Assembly: GCA_963823665.1 (NCBI GenBank)
Contig: CAWGMQ010000008.1
Span: forward strand, 1,856,001 to 1,920,000
Source of the DNA: an uncultured Planctomycetota bacterium
Lineage (GTDB): Bacteria; Planctomycetota; Planctomycetia; Isosphaerales; Isosphaeraceae
DNA length: 64,000 nucleotides
Direction of reading: 5' to 3'
Part shown: piece after piece, positions 20,442 to 31,250 of the stretch
How the letters are laid out: every line of letters starts with the position of its first letter
Position numbering within the stretch: position 1 is the stretch's first letter
Made by a program: the position numbers and the translations under genes
The notes under the pieces: model-generated
The model's database searches: none
Told to the model about the DNA's origin: nothing
The model's input: the letters and a program-made list of their open reading frames with translations, nothing else

Positions 20442-22451
20442 ATGGGCGGTACGGGTTTGGTCGGGGTCATGGCGCTCTACAGCCTACTTGGGACGGGCGA
20501 ACCGGCGAAGCCGACGGTGAGTTTCCGACTGCAGGACCATCGGGGAGCCTGGCACACGCTCGACGAGGCGCGCGACCGAAAGGTCGTCGTCCTGGCCTTC
20601 CTCGGGACCGAGTGTCCGCTCGCCGAGGCATATGCTCCCAGGCTCGCCGAGCTTGCCCGCGATTTCTCTAAGCGAGGTGTCGCCTTCTTCGGCGTCGACG
20701 CCAACGAGCAGGATGGGCCGGTCGCGATGGGTCGGTTTGCGGAGAGGCATGGCCTACCATTTCCGATGCTGAAGGACGTCGGCAACGGCCTGGCCGACCA
20801 GGTCGGGGCCGAACGGACGCCCGAGGTCTTCGTCCTGGATGGGTCGCGGGCCGTCGTCTACCGCGGCCGGATCGACGACCAGTACGCCATCGGCATCCAT
20901 CGACCCTCGTCCACCCGGCACGACCTGGTCGACGCCCTCGATGCGGTTCTCGCCGAGCGGCCGGTCGCGACGCCGAGGACGGACGCGGTCGGGTGCAAGA
21001 TCGGCCGGGTTGCGAAGCCGGCCAAGGGCGGCGCCGTGACGTACGCGAAGGAGGTCGCTCGCATCCTCCAATCGCACTGCGTGACCTGCCACCGACCCGG
21101 CGAGATCGCTCCGTTCTCGCTGACCGACTACCGCCAGGCGGCCGGCTGGTCGAGCATGATCGAGGAGGTCGTCGATGATGGTCGAATGCCCCCATGGCAC
21201 GCCTCGCCCAAGCATGGCAAGTTCGCCAACGACGCCCGGCTTTCAGCCGAGGAGAAGAAGGCGATTCGCGACTGGGTCGCCGCCGGCTCGCCCGAAGGAG
21301 ACCCGGCAGATCTACCCCCGCCGCCTCATTTTGTCGAGGGATGGCAGATTCCCCGGCCCGACGTTGTCCTGGAAATGCCCCGTGAGATCGAGATCCCTGC
21401 CGAGGGATCGATGCCTTACGAGCTGGTCGAGATCGACCCGAAGCTCACGCACGACGTCTGGGTGCGCACCTCGCAGGTCCGGCCGGGGAACACCGCGGTC
21501 GTCCACCACGTTGTCGCCTTCGCCCTGCCTCCCGGTGTCGAGAAGATCGACGAGGCCGGCGGCGATTTCCTCGCCGCCTACGCACCCGGCATGCCGGCCC
21601 GCGTCATGCCTGAAGGCGTGGCCAAGCGCATCCCGGCCGGGTCGAAGATCGTCCTCCAGCTCCACTACACTCCCCGGGGAACGAAGCAGGTCGACCGCAG
21701 CCGGATCGGCCTCGTCTTCGCCGACCCGGCGACCGTCCACAAAGAACTGATGTCGGGCATGGCGCTTAACCTCCGCCTCCAGATCCCGCCCGGAGCGACC
21801 GACTACGTCTCGCGGGCCGATTTCCGGTTCTCGCAGCCCTCGTTGCTCCTCTCGCTCTTTCCGCACATGCACCTGCGGGGCAAGTCGATGAGGTTCGTCG
21901 CCGAATACCCCGACGGCCGCCGCGAGGTCATCCTGGACGTACCCCGATACGAGTTCGACTGGCAGAACCTGTACGCCCTCGACCAGCCCAAGCCGATGCC
22001 GGAAGGGACGATCCTCCACACCGAAGCCCGCTTCGACAACTCGGCCGAGAATCCGAACAACCCGGATCCAAGACGCGCCGTCACCTTCGGTGAGCAAACG
22101 CGCGATGAGATGCACGTCGGATACCTCAACTTCGCCCTCGCCGACCAGGACCTCACCCTCGGCATGCCCACCTCGAAGCGACTCGCGAACGGCCAGTACG
22201 AGGTCACCTTCCACCACCGGCCCGCAGCGCGGGCAAAATCGGTCGCACTCGTCGGCACCTTCACGGACTGGAAGGAACGGCCTCTCGCGATGACCGGTCC
22301 GGATGCCCTGGGGAACTACTCGACGACAATCGCGCTCGACGCCGGGTCGCACGAGTACAAGTTTCTGATCGATGGGGAGACCTTTTGCCATGACCTGGGC
22401 AACCCTGAATCGGCCGGGTTCTTTCTTAACAGCTTGATCCGGCTGCCCTGA
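20442..22451 (+). CDS. Redoxin + heme c + copper type II monooxygenase with C-terminal CBM48/AMPK-beta-like domain
   Basis: GTECPLA, YRGRIDDQY, CVTCH, MPPW, VVHH, HMHLRG, DEM; tail VTF...SVALVGTFTDWK...L..GSHEYKFLIDG. Confidence 0.9.
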   Translation: MGGTGLVGVMALYSLLGTGEPAKPTVSFRLQDHRGAWHTLDEARDRKVVVLAFLGTECPLAEAYAPRLAELARDFSKRGVAFFGVDANEQDGPVAMGRFAERHGLPFPMLKDVGNGLADQVGAERTPEVFVLDGSRAVVYRGRIDDQYAIGIHRPSSTRHDLVDALDAVLAERPVATPRTDAVGCKIGRVAKPAKGGAVTYAKEVARILQSHCVTCHRPGEIAPFSLTDYRQAAGWSSMIEEVVDDGRMPPWHASPKHGKFANDARLSAEEKKAIRDWVAAGSPEGDPADLPPPPHFVEGWQIPRPDVVLEMPREIEIPAEGSMPYELVEIDPKLTHDVWVRTSQVRPGNTAVVHHVVAFALPPGVEKIDEAGGDFLAAYAPGMPARVMPEGVAKRIPAGSKIVLQLHYTPRGTKQVDRSRIGLVFADPATVHKELMSGMALNLRLQIPPGATDYVSRADFRFSQPSLLLSLFPHMHLRGKSMRFVAEYPDGRREVILDVPRYEFDWQNLYALDQPKPMPEGTILHTEARFDNSAENPNNPDPRRAVTFGEQTRDEMHVGYLNFALADQDLTLGMPTSKRLANGQYEVTFHHRPAARAKSVALVGTFTDWKERPLAMTGPDALGNYSTTIALDAGSHEYKFLIDGETFCHDLGNPESAGFFLNSLIRLP

Positions 22452-22465
22452 GCGAGCGTGGCCGA

Positions 22466-24024
22466 TCAGTCGTGCCGGAGCGCCGAGACGGGGTCGAGCT
22501 TCGCCGCGCGCCGGGCGGGATAAACTGCCGCGACGATCGTCACGCCGACGGTGAATACGAGGACCGTCACGCCGATCCAGCGCGGGAAGGCGAAGATCGA
22601 GCCCGAGAGCTCGATGTTCATGTCGCGGTGGATCATCGAGCGGACCCACGCGTCGCCCGGGAACGAGATTAACCAGGCCAGAAGCAGGCCGAGCAACCCG
22701 CCGATCAGGCCAATCAAGCCCCCCTCGATGACATACAGGGCCTGGAGCTGCCAGTTTGCCGCGCCGACGGCCTTCATGATGCCGATCTCCCTCCGCCGTT
22801 CAAGGACGCTCATCAGCATCGTGTTGGCGATCCCGAGCGACGACACGAGCAGGGCCACCCCGGCCACGCACGTCATCCCGCCGAAGATGAGCAGGTAAGT
22901 CAGCCGCTCTCGCTCGATGCGTTCGACGATCGACGAGCCCTGCATGCCGAGCGCTTCGACGTTCTTGACGACCTCCTTGGCGTTCCTCATGTCGTCGACG
23001 AACAGTACTACCTGGTCGACACCCTCCTCGCGACGGGCCGGATCGCGGAACATCAGCTCGACCGCAGTTCGCCGGGGCAGCACAAGGTCCGTGTAGGCGG
23101 GGAATTGGCTCCAGGCTTCCTTGCGCTCATCGTCGGTCAACTCGCGGAAGATGCCGACGACCCGGAAGTCGTCGACGACGACGACCGAGTCAACCTTCGC
23201 CGATTCTCGCCGGATCGCTTTCCGCAAGGCTGCACTCTCCTCCGTGGTCAGGCTAAATCTGTCGAGCGCCCCGGGATCTGCCAGGCAAGCTGGCGGAGCG
23301 CCGCATGCTCCTCGGGGCTGCCGCTGGATTTCGACCGATCAGATAGCATGACACTCACGCTCGGCCCATCTTCCTGGCCTCGAATCTCGATCCGCAGGGG
23401 CTTGCCGAGGACCTGGTCCAGGTCTGCGTCGTCGATCAGCCCGATGCGGTGCGCGAACATCTCCGAGAGTAAAACCGATCGCTCGTCGTCCGAGTCAAAC
23501 GACCGGCCGAAGACGACCCGCTTACGGAACTCCGGGTCCTCGCCGGCGCCGGAGGAGACGCTCGCCTCCTCGGGCCGGTTGCCCAGCGTCGCGACGACCA
23601 TGCTTCCGACGATCGGAACCATCCGCCCGACATGCGCAATGCGCGAAAGCTTTTCCAGCCGGTCCTGGTTCAGGCTGATGCGCTCCTCGCGGGAACGAGT
23701 GTGTCTGGCACGCTGGGCGAGGACCTTGTGGATCCGCTCGCGGCGATCCGGCGACATCCGCCCGGCAACCTTCACGTCGCCAGCCGCCGCGGTCTCGACT
23801 GCCCGCCACCCCGGAGAGACCGTCACCTTCCGCAGGGCGTCTCCCTTGTTCGACTCGCGCTCTATCGTCTGCTGGACCCCCTCGTCGATCGACAGGCTCG
23901 CGGCGAGAACAAACGCGCCGAAGACGACACCCAGGGTCGTCAGGCACGTGCGCAACTTCTGCTGGCCGAGCGAGGCCAGGGGCAACCGGAGCAGGTCGAT
24001 CCACGGCACGAGGCGATCCTCCAA
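22466..24024 (-). CDS. ABC transporter permease, MacB/FtsX-like (homopolymer frameshift at ~23270)
   Basis: KLRTCLTTLGVVFG; GIANTMLMSVLERRREIGIMKAVGA; YPARRAAKLDPVSALR; adding one G at CCCC 23269-23272 joins the two ORFs. Confidence 0.9.
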
Positions 24025-24034
24025 CCAATCCCGA

Positions 24035-24796
24035 TCAAATGCCCCCTGCCGCGATCTGGCCGTCGACCAGCCGTACGATCCGGTCGGTGCAGCTCGCGGC
24101 CAGCTCCTCGTCGTGGGTGACGAGCACGAGGGTGGCGGCGTGCTCGCGGACGTGGTCGAGGATCAGGGCCATGACCTGCCGCGCCGTCTGGCTGTCAAGG
24201 TTCCCGGTCGGCTCGTCGGCCAGAATGACGCGAGGCCGGTTGACGAGCGCCCGCGCAATGGCGACCCGCTGGCTCTCGCCTCCGCTCAGTTGAGCCGGTC
24301 GATGATTCAGCCTCGCCCCGAGCCCGACCGCCTCGAGGGCGACCCGGGCCGCGGCGAGCCGTTCGCGAGACGATCGGCCCGCGAAGACCATCGGCAATTC
24401 GACGTTCTGGAGAGCCGACCTGGAGCCGATCAGATTGAACGACTGGAAGATCATGCCAACGGTCGTCGACCGGAACCGGGCCATCTGGCGCCCCGAGAGC
24501 TGGTGGAGGTCCCGACCGCCGACCCGCAGTCCGCCCGAGCTGGGCCGGTCGAGACCGCCCAGGAGGTTCAATAATGTCGACTTCCCCGACCCCGACTTGC
24601 CCAAGAGCGCCACGCGCTGCCCGCCGGCGATCTCGATCGAGATCCCCCGCAGCGCGTCGACCTGGGCTTCCTTCGTCCCGTAGACCTTCCGTACGTCGAC
24701 TGCCCGGATCGCCACTCCATCCCCTCCGTTGCGATCCGATCCCATCGCGGTTGCATCCTGATCCGAGCGGCCTGTCTGACACCTGTCAACGGCCAA
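24035..24796 (-). CDS. ABC transporter ATP-binding protein (LolD/MacB-like)
   Basis: GKSGSGKST, LSGGESQRVAIARAL, DEPTGNLD, VTHD. Confidence 0.95.
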   Translation of the reverse strand: MAVDRCQTGRSDQDATAMGSDRNGGDGVAIRAVDVRKVYGTKEAQVDALRGISIEIAGGQRVALLGKSGSGKSTLLNLLGGLDRPSSGGLRVGGRDLHQLSGRQMARFRSTTVGMIFQSFNLIGSRSALQNVELPMVFAGRSSRERLAAARVALEAVGLGARLNHRPAQLSGGESQRVAIARALVNRPRVILADEPTGNLDSQTARQVMALILDHVREHAATLVLVTHDEELAASCTDRIVRLVDGQIAAGGI

Positions 24797-25321
24797 TCAT
24801 CGTACCAGATTAGCCTATCGCCGCCAGAGGCGGGCCATCACGAAAGAGGGCCGGGCGGATCGGTAACTGATCGCGATGCTGGCCGAGGGCCGATTAGTCC
24901 GTTTCTCGTGGGTCAAATAGGTTGGCGGCAGCCATGTAATCGCCCCAGAGATGGCTGGGGCTGGTAAGGGCCGGACAGTGTGGATTTCTGACGTTCAGGC
25001 AGCGTGCCCAGGTTCAAGCGCGTCGGAAAGGCCCGGCAGGAGCACCACAGCGCCAATTTTCGCAAGACGCGTTAGCGGATGGACCGAGGAGTAAGGATAA
25101 TCGGTCAGGCGGCCCGCGATTGTCTGGACCTAAGCAGGCGCTGAGGGACCGCCTGGTGGCGTGATTAGGATTGAGATGGGTGTCCGGAGAAGACCTCAAG
25201 CGAAGGCATTGTCTCCGTAGCGCGCGTCGGTATGGTCGACCAAAGCGTCGGAAGGACTCTTCCGCCTAACCGGCACGCGGCGAGGTCGGCACTTGCCGCA
25301 TCACACGCTCCAGACCGGTCG

Positions 25322-25885
25322 TCATGTGTCGCGAGACTCCGCCGCGACATACTTGTAAAGCGTCGGCCTTGAGATGCCGACCGCTTTGCATATTTCGTCA
25401 ATCGCGTGTTTCTTCTGCCGGTAAGGATTGACGGCCACGGCACGCTGCTTGTCGCCGAGCTTTTTTCGCCTGCCGCCTTGCCTGCCGCGTGTTCTCGCGG
25501 CTGCAAGCCCTCCGTTCGTCCGTTTGCGGATCAGGTTACGCTCGAACTCCGCAAGCGCCGGAAAGATAGGAGACACGAGCTTGCCGCCCGGCGTGGTCGT
25601 TTCGATGGATTCGGTGACGCTCTGGAATCCGATCCGCTCGGCCTACAGCTCGGCCATCAGCTCGATCGGTTACTTCAGCGACCACCCCAGCCGGTCGAGC
25701 CGCCAGACCGCCAGTATGTCGCCAGATCGGAGCGTATCGTGCACTCGCTCCAGGGCGGGGCGTTGTGCCTTGCCGCCAATGAGCGTGTTCTCGATGATCT
25801 TCTCGCACCTGGCCCGCTTCAGGGCGTCACGCTGCAAGTCAGGATTCTGCTCTGTCGTTGATACTCTCGCGTAGCCGATGATCAT
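25322..25885 (-). pseudogene. Small serine recombinase (resolvase/invertase), disrupted
   Basis: MIIGYARVSTTEQNPDLQ, VWRLDRLG then stop/frameshifts; LAEFERNLI..RT..GLAAAR.RGR.GGR; HTH ICKAVGISRPTLYKY. Confidence 0.9.
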
Positions 25886-26017
25886 GCCCCACCCCCTTGC
25901 CGCTCGAGTTGAGAAACCCGTCGGAATGTTTGGGAGCGGGCTTTTTGCGATCACGCCGCCAAGTCACCGGCGTGTAAAGAGAACCTCGGTTTGATTTACA
26001 GCCGGTCAGGGCTGTCA

Positions 26018-26121
26018 CCGCCGACCGTTCCTGAGGTCGAGTGATGATTCGAGCTCCTTTCCGTCGTCGCGTGGGACATCATGCGCGCGTCGGTATCGTC
26101 GGACCGAAGCGCGCAACGCGA
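26018..26121. repeat. 104-bp direct repeat, copy 1 (copy 2 at 52146-52249)
   Basis: Gap-free manual alignment, about 12 mismatches. Confidence 0.85.
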
Positions 26122-26299
26122 GAGCCCGAACTTTCCCTCGGCCGCGCTCAGCAACCGAGATGTCCACCGTGCGGCTCCGCCGGCTGCGGGAGCCGGGCGG
26201 TATGGTGTGGTCGTCATGATCCCCCCTCGAAAGCCGCGCACCTTTTTGAGCAGCCCGTGCGACGTTGGGCGCGTCGATGCAGGGTTGTCAGTACATCGC

Positions 26300-27910
26300 C
26301 TACTCCGCCCCGATGTGCTGCCCCGGCTCGGCCACGGATCGCTTCATCAGGAGCACGAGGAGCACGAGCCCCAGGCTCAGGACGGCGAACAGCCAGAAGA
26401 CGTCGAAGTAGGCCAGGGACGCCGCCTGCTGCTGACGGAGGTCGGCTAGCGACTGGAGGGTCATCCCCTGCGACCGGGCCGGATCGCCCGTCCGCTGCAT
26501 GAAGTAGGCCCTGCCAGCTCGGAAGAAGGTCTGCACGTGTGGGTTCAGGGGGCCGAGGTTGTCGCCAACGCGGGCCAGGTGAAATTGCTCGCGCCGCTGC
26601 TCGATGATCTTGTTGATCGACATGCCCACGCTGCCCCCCTCGTTGCGCAGCAGGGCGAACAGGCCCACGGCGGCCGCGCGCAGGTGCGGGGGCGTGTAGC
26701 GGAACGCCGCCACGTTGATCGGGGCGAAGATCATCGAGAGGCCGACGATCAACACCACCCGCGGCCAGATCACCTGCCCGGGGCTGATGTACAGGTTCAT
26801 CCGCGCCATCCAGTAGTTTCCGGCCGCCATCACGAGCAGGCCCGCGGCGATCAGCCAGCGGGCATCAGTGCCCCGACTGATGAGGATGCCCACCACAAGC
26901 ATCATCAGGATGGAAAAGACGCCCGAGGGTGACATCACCAGGCCGGAGACGAAGGCGTCGTAGCCGAACAGGGACTGGAGCAAGGACGGCAGGCACACGC
27001 TGGCGCCGTAGAGGACGCCGTAGGCGCAGAAGATGATGACGCTGGAGGCCGCAAGGTTGCGCTCGCCCATCGGCCGGAAGTCGACCACCGGGTTGGCGAT
27101 CGTCAGCTCCCGGAAGACCAGGGCGCCCAGGCAGACGACGAACAGGACGGCCAACGTCTGGGCCTGCCAGAAGGGGTCGTTGTACCAGTCCCACTCCTGT
27201 CCCTTGCTGAGCAGGATCTCCCAGCACGCCATCATCAGGGTGAGCAGCCCCAGGCCGATGTAGTCGAAGTTGAGCGGCTGGCGACGCAACTCCGCCCGCT
27301 CCTTCTTGAGGTAATCGGGGTCTGTGACCAGGAGGTAACTCGCCAGAAAGCCGATTGCGCCGATCGGTAGGTTGATGAGGAACACCCAGCGCCAGTTGTA
27401 ATTGACCGTGATGTAGCCGCCCAGCGTCGGTCCGATGACCGGGGCGATCAGTCCCGCCACACCGAACAGCGTCATGGCTGTGCCCTGCTTCTCGGGCGGG
27501 AAGCTGTCGATCAGGATCCCCTGGCTGGCGGGCTGGAGGCCGCCGCCGGCGATGCCCTGGATCACCCGGAAGAGGATCAGTTGTTCGAGGCTGGTGGCCA
27601 TGCCGCAGAACACCGAGGCGACAGTGAAGACGGCGATGGAGAGGAGGAAGTAGTTGCGGCGGCCCAGGCGGGCCGAGATCCAGCCCGTAATGGGCAGGAT
27701 GGTGGCATTGGCGGCCAGGTAGCTGGTCATGACCCAGTCGCTGTCGTTCATTGTCGCCGACAGGCCGCCGGCGATGTACCGCAGCGAGGCCGTAGCGATC
27801 GTGGTGTCCAGGATCTCCATGAACGTGGGCACAACCACGGCGACGCCGACAAGCCAGGGGTTGACCGCCGGACGGCTGACCGCGGTCAAGTTGACGGCCG
27901 CGGTGCTCAT
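26300..27910 (-). CDS. emrB: DHA2-family MFS efflux permease (EmrB/QacA)
   Basis: FMEILDTTI, WVMTSYLAAN, LGRRNYF, FRVIQGIAGG, GPTLGG, WRWVFLINLPIG. Confidence 0.93.
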   Translation of the reverse strand: MSTAAVNLTAVSRPAVNPWLVGVAVVVPTFMEILDTTIATASLRYIAGGLSATMNDSDWVMTSYLAANATILPITGWISARLGRRNYFLLSIAVFTVASVFCGMATSLEQLILFRVIQGIAGGGLQPASQGILIDSFPPEKQGTAMTLFGVAGLIAPVIGPTLGGYITVNYNWRWVFLINLPIGAIGFLASYLLVTDPDYLKKERAELRRQPLNFDYIGLGLLTLMMACWEILLSKGQEWDWYNDPFWQAQTLAVLFVVCLGALVFRELTIANPVVDFRPMGERNLAASSVIIFCAYGVLYGASVCLPSLLQSLFGYDAFVSGLVMSPSGVFSILMMLVVGILISRGTDARWLIAAGLLVMAAGNYWMARMNLYISPGQVIWPRVVLIVGLSMIFAPINVAAFRYTPPHLRAAAVGLFALLRNEGGSVGMSINKIIEQRREQFHLARVGDNLGPLNPHVQTFFRAGRAYFMQRTGDPARSQGMTLQSLADLRQQQAASLAYFDVFWLFAVLSLGLVLLVLLMKRSVAEPGQHIGAE

Positions 27911-27981
27911 ACAGGTACTCCTTCGGAATGGTCGAGGGTTAAGGGTGAATCGTCATCCACGCCCGTTGGATCCTCGGTCCG

Positions 27982-29619
27982 TCACGAGCCGGGGCGGCCA
28001 TTGGGGAGAGGTCCCGCCGGTTGCGAGGCGCTCCCGGCGCTGGCCACGGCGGGGCCTGGCCGCAGCGGGCGAAGCGGCTGCAAGACAGCACCGGCATTCG
28101 GCCCGGTCGCCGGCTCTTTGACGTAGACGTAGGGGACCACCGACAGCCCGGCGAACAGGGGGGCCTTGTCGGGGTCGTAGTCGGCCAGCTCGATGCGGAC
28201 CGGCAGCCGCTGGACGATCTTTACGTAGTTGCCGGTGGCGTTCTGCGGCGGCAGCAGGGAGAGGGTCTGGCCGGTCCCCATGGTGAAGCCGGTGATGCGG
28301 CCCTCGAACTCCTTCCGGCCGCCGTACATGTCGACCTCGCAGCGCACCCGCTGGCCGATGCGCAGGTCCGCGAGCTGCGTCTCCTTGAAGTTGGCATCGA
28401 TCCAGATCTCGGTGAGCGAGCGGACGGCCATGAGGCTCTGCCCCGCGGAGAGGTGGTTGCCGGGGTTGACGCTGCGGCTGGTCACCACGCCGTCGATCTC
28501 GCTGACGATGTCGCAGTAGCGGAGGTCCAGCTCGGCCTCGGCGAGGTCGCGCACGGCCTGGAGTCGCTTCGCCTCGGCCCGCCGGACCGCGGGCGCCTCC
28601 GGCACCATCCGCTCCAGGATCCGATCGATGTTCCCGTCCCGGTCGCGCTGGACAAACTCGTCGAGGGCCTGCTGGGGGGTCTGGGAAGCGGAGACGAGGG
28701 GGAAGCCGAGCTGCGCCATGCTCTGGTTGACATCGGCCAGCGCCTGGCGGACCCCGGAGAAGGTCTGGTTGATGTCGGCGGGGACGTCCGTCAGCTCGCC
28801 CGTCTCGGGGTGCGGGCGCAGGCCGAGCGCGACCCGCGCTTCATGGACTTCCTCGAGGGCCTGCTTGACCCCGGCCGCGGCCGTCCGCTCGGTCTCGACG
28901 TATTTGTCGTACTCTTCGCGGGCGATGGCGTTGCGGCTGAAGAGGCCCCGGGCCCGCAGCAGGTCGGCGCGGGCGCGCTCGAAGGACGCCTCCTTGCTCC
29001 GCAGGGCCGCGACCCGGGCCCGCAGCATCGCCACCGAGTCGTCGACATCCTCGATCGACCTCTGGAGCTTCCAGCGCAGGCTCCCGGCCTGGGCCAGGAT
29101 GCCCCGGACCTGGGCCCGGGCGGACATCAGGTCGGCCTCGGCGGCGACCAGGGCCGCGTTCTTGATGTCGACCTGGACCTGGTACGGCTCGTTGTCGAGC
29201 TGGACCAGCAGGTCCCCCTTCTTCACCCGTTCGTTGTCGTCCACCAGGACGCGGCTCACCTGTCCGGCGACCCGGGGGGCCACGTAAGTCACGTGGCCGT
29301 TGACATAGGCGTCATCGGTGGTGACCGTGTCCAGCATCGTTTTCACGGTCGGGGCCAGGTAGTATCCCCCGAGCGCCAATCCGGCCACCACCCCCGTCCA
29401 CAGCAGCACCTTCCGCCAGGGATGCGTTCTTCCCCCTGTCATGGCGAGCGAAGTCGCCGAGGGGGGCTCGATTGCCCGGTCCGCGGCTCGGTCGCCGGGG
29501 CGAGCGGCCGCGTCGGCTGGCGGCCGACCTGACCCATCAGGCGCCTCCGCCTCTGCAGCCCCGAGGGCAGTCGGCCTTGCCGCGATTGCAGTCTCATAGC
29601 CGAGATCAGTGCTTTCCAT
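27982..29619 (-). CDS. emrA: EmrA/HlyD-family adaptor, long form
   Basis: TDDAYVNGH, ANFKETQL, SLLPPQNATGNYVKIVQRLPVRI. Confidence 0.92.
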   Translation of the reverse strand: MESTDLGYETAIAARPTALGAAEAEAPDGSGRPPADAAARPGDRAADRAIEPPSATSLAMTGGRTHPWRKVLLWTGVVAGLALGGYYLAPTVKTMLDTVTTDDAYVNGHVTYVAPRVAGQVSRVLVDDNERVKKGDLLVQLDNEPYQVQVDIKNAALVAAEADLMSARAQVRGILAQAGSLRWKLQRSIEDVDDSVAMLRARVAALRSKEASFERARADLLRARGLFSRNAIAREEYDKYVETERTAAAGVKQALEEVHEARVALGLRPHPETGELTDVPADINQTFSGVRQALADVNQSMAQLGFPLVSASQTPQQALDEFVQRDRDGNIDRILERMVPEAPAVRRAEAKRLQAVRDLAEAELDLRYCDIVSEIDGVVTSRSVNPGNHLSAGQSLMAVRSLTEIWIDANFKETQLADLRIGQRVRCEVDMYGGRKEFEGRITGFTMGTGQTLSLLPPQNATGNYVKIVQRLPVRIELADYDPDKAPLFAGLSVVPYVYVKEPATGPNAGAVLQPLRPLRPGPAVASAGSASQPAGPLPNGRPGS

Positions 29620-29691
29620 GTTGATGCTTCCTCTTCAAATCGGCTCGTACCGCGACCTGGGTGCCAGGGACCAGTATCAGCCGCGGACGGC

Positions 29692-29755
29692 TAAGTAAAC
29701 CGCCGTTGACTTAATCCTAGATGGCTTGACTCTCGAAGTCAACCGTTGTTTACTT
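29692..29755. promoter_or_regulatory. Two palindromic operators (AAGTAAAC-N4-GTTGACTT and AAGTCAAC-N4-GTTTACTT) between divergent emrA and tetR
   Basis: 29692-29713 and 29736-29755 have arms that are mutual reverse complements; TTGACT -35-like hexamer between them. Confidence 0.75.
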
Positions 29756-29790
29756 GGAATGGAAGGGAAATAATTCAGAGGGACCAACCC

Positions 29791-30375
29791 ATGCCCGAGC
29801 GTCGAGTTAGTGCCACGCCGAGACGGCGGCGGGATGCCGCCGCAACCCGGGATGCCATCCTTGAGGCGGCTACCCGCCGCTTTGCCAGCCACGGCTACGA
29901 GCGTGCTGGGGTCCGAGAGATTGCCGCGGACGCCGGCGTGACCGCCGCGCTCGTCAACCGCTACTTCGGCTCCAAGGAGGGGCTGTTCGCCGAGGTGGTC
30001 CGGCGCGCCCTCGACATGGGGCACCTGCTCCAGGGCCCACGGGACGACCTGGCCGACCATCTCGCCCGGCGCGTGGTGTACGGAGGGGGCGACGCACGGG
30101 ACGGGGTACTGACGCCGCTCTTGCTCCTCTTGCATTCCGCCACGGCGCCCGGCGCCGTCAAGCTGTTCCGGCGGGACCTCGACCGCACCGAGCTTCCGCT
30201 CCTCGCCGAGCAGATCGGCGGCGACGATTCCGCGGTCCGGGCTGTCATGGTCATGGCACAGCTCACGGGGTTCGCGATCATGTATCACGTGCTCCGGCCC
30301 AAGGCGTTCGCGAATGCCCGCGGCGAAGAACTGGTAACCCTCCTGTCCGCGGCGCTCGCCGCTTGCATCAAGTGA
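29791..30375 (+). CDS. TetR family transcriptional regulator
   Basis: TRDAILEAA..F...GYE..GVREIAADAGVTAALVNRYFGSKEGLF. Confidence 0.93.
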   Translation: MPERRVSATPRRRRDAAATRDAILEAATRRFASHGYERAGVREIAADAGVTAALVNRYFGSKEGLFAEVVRRALDMGHLLQGPRDDLADHLARRVVYGGGDARDGVLTPLLLLLHSATAPGAVKLFRRDLDRTELPLLAEQIGGDDSAVRAVMVMAQLTGFAIMYHVLRPKAFANARGEELVTLLSAALAACIK

Positions 30376-30492
30376 GGCCCTAGGGGTACGGCTCCGGTTC
30401 CTTATTTGCAGCGCCCAGCGCCCGACGACCTTGATCACGGAAAGGCGGTCACTCTTGGTCTGGCTGTTCATCGTCGCATCCCATGTTGTGAG

Positions 30493-31095
30493 TCACCCCG
30501 GGGCTGGATTGTTTTCCGGTGCGAAGCGGTGCGGTCTAGTCTGGATTCGAATCGGCAACGGATCGACGGGCCTCTCATCCGGATTCGGACCGGACCGCTG
30601 GCCGGACACCTCCGTGGACACGCCACCCCGATAGACCTGGCCGGGGGGAAGGACTTCGGAGCGATCCATCGACACACGACCGATCTTGGGCGTGGCATTG
30701 ACGGCGTCGTTGGCGATGGTGTTGCGTGTGACCGGCGGGACCACAGGGGCGCTGCCGTCGTCGGCTCCCGAGCCGACGATGATCGTCACGGCGGCTCCCC
30801 TATTCGATCCGGTCGGCGCCATCGTGGCGGAACCGTGGACACCGGTACTGTTCGCCGGCAACAGGCCGGAGACGCCCCCCGAGCCCGTCATGGCGGATGG
30901 CGTGAGGAAACCGGGGCTGCCCGACGCGCCGTTAGGATCGGCGACGCTGACGGGGAAGGCACTCATCACGAGGACGTAACCGCCCGTCGTCAGCACGATC
31001 GTGCCCACACCGAGGTTGGGGCCGACCGGCACGAGACGATCCTCCAGCACGCAAGCCCGGAGGTCGGGACAGTACTTCAATTTCGCCTTCATCAT
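30493..31095 (-). CDS. Low-complexity exported planctomycete protein with LEDR motif
   Basis: MKAKLKYCPDLRACVLEDRLVP followed by a Gly/Ser/Thr/Pro-rich region; GGAG RBS. Confidence 0.6.
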   Translation of the reverse strand: MMKAKLKYCPDLRACVLEDRLVPVGPNLGVGTIVLTTGGYVLVMSAFPVSVADPNGASGSPGFLTPSAMTGSGGVSGLLPANSTGVHGSATMAPTGSNRGAAVTIIVGSGADDGSAPVVPPVTRNTIANDAVNATPKIGRVSMDRSEVLPPGQVYRGGVSTEVSGQRSGPNPDERPVDPLPIRIQTRPHRFAPENNPAPG

Positions 31096-31250
31096 TACAT
31101 CTCCGGAGGAAACCCTCCCGCGTGATTCATCGCCAGCCGATCGGGTTACCGGGACGTCGGTGATCCCTCTACCGCTCTGGGCGTGGCCCCTGGACAGCGG
31201 AACTGTTAGAATCCGGTGCGGCGCCCCGATACGTGTGCTGGGCATTCGCC

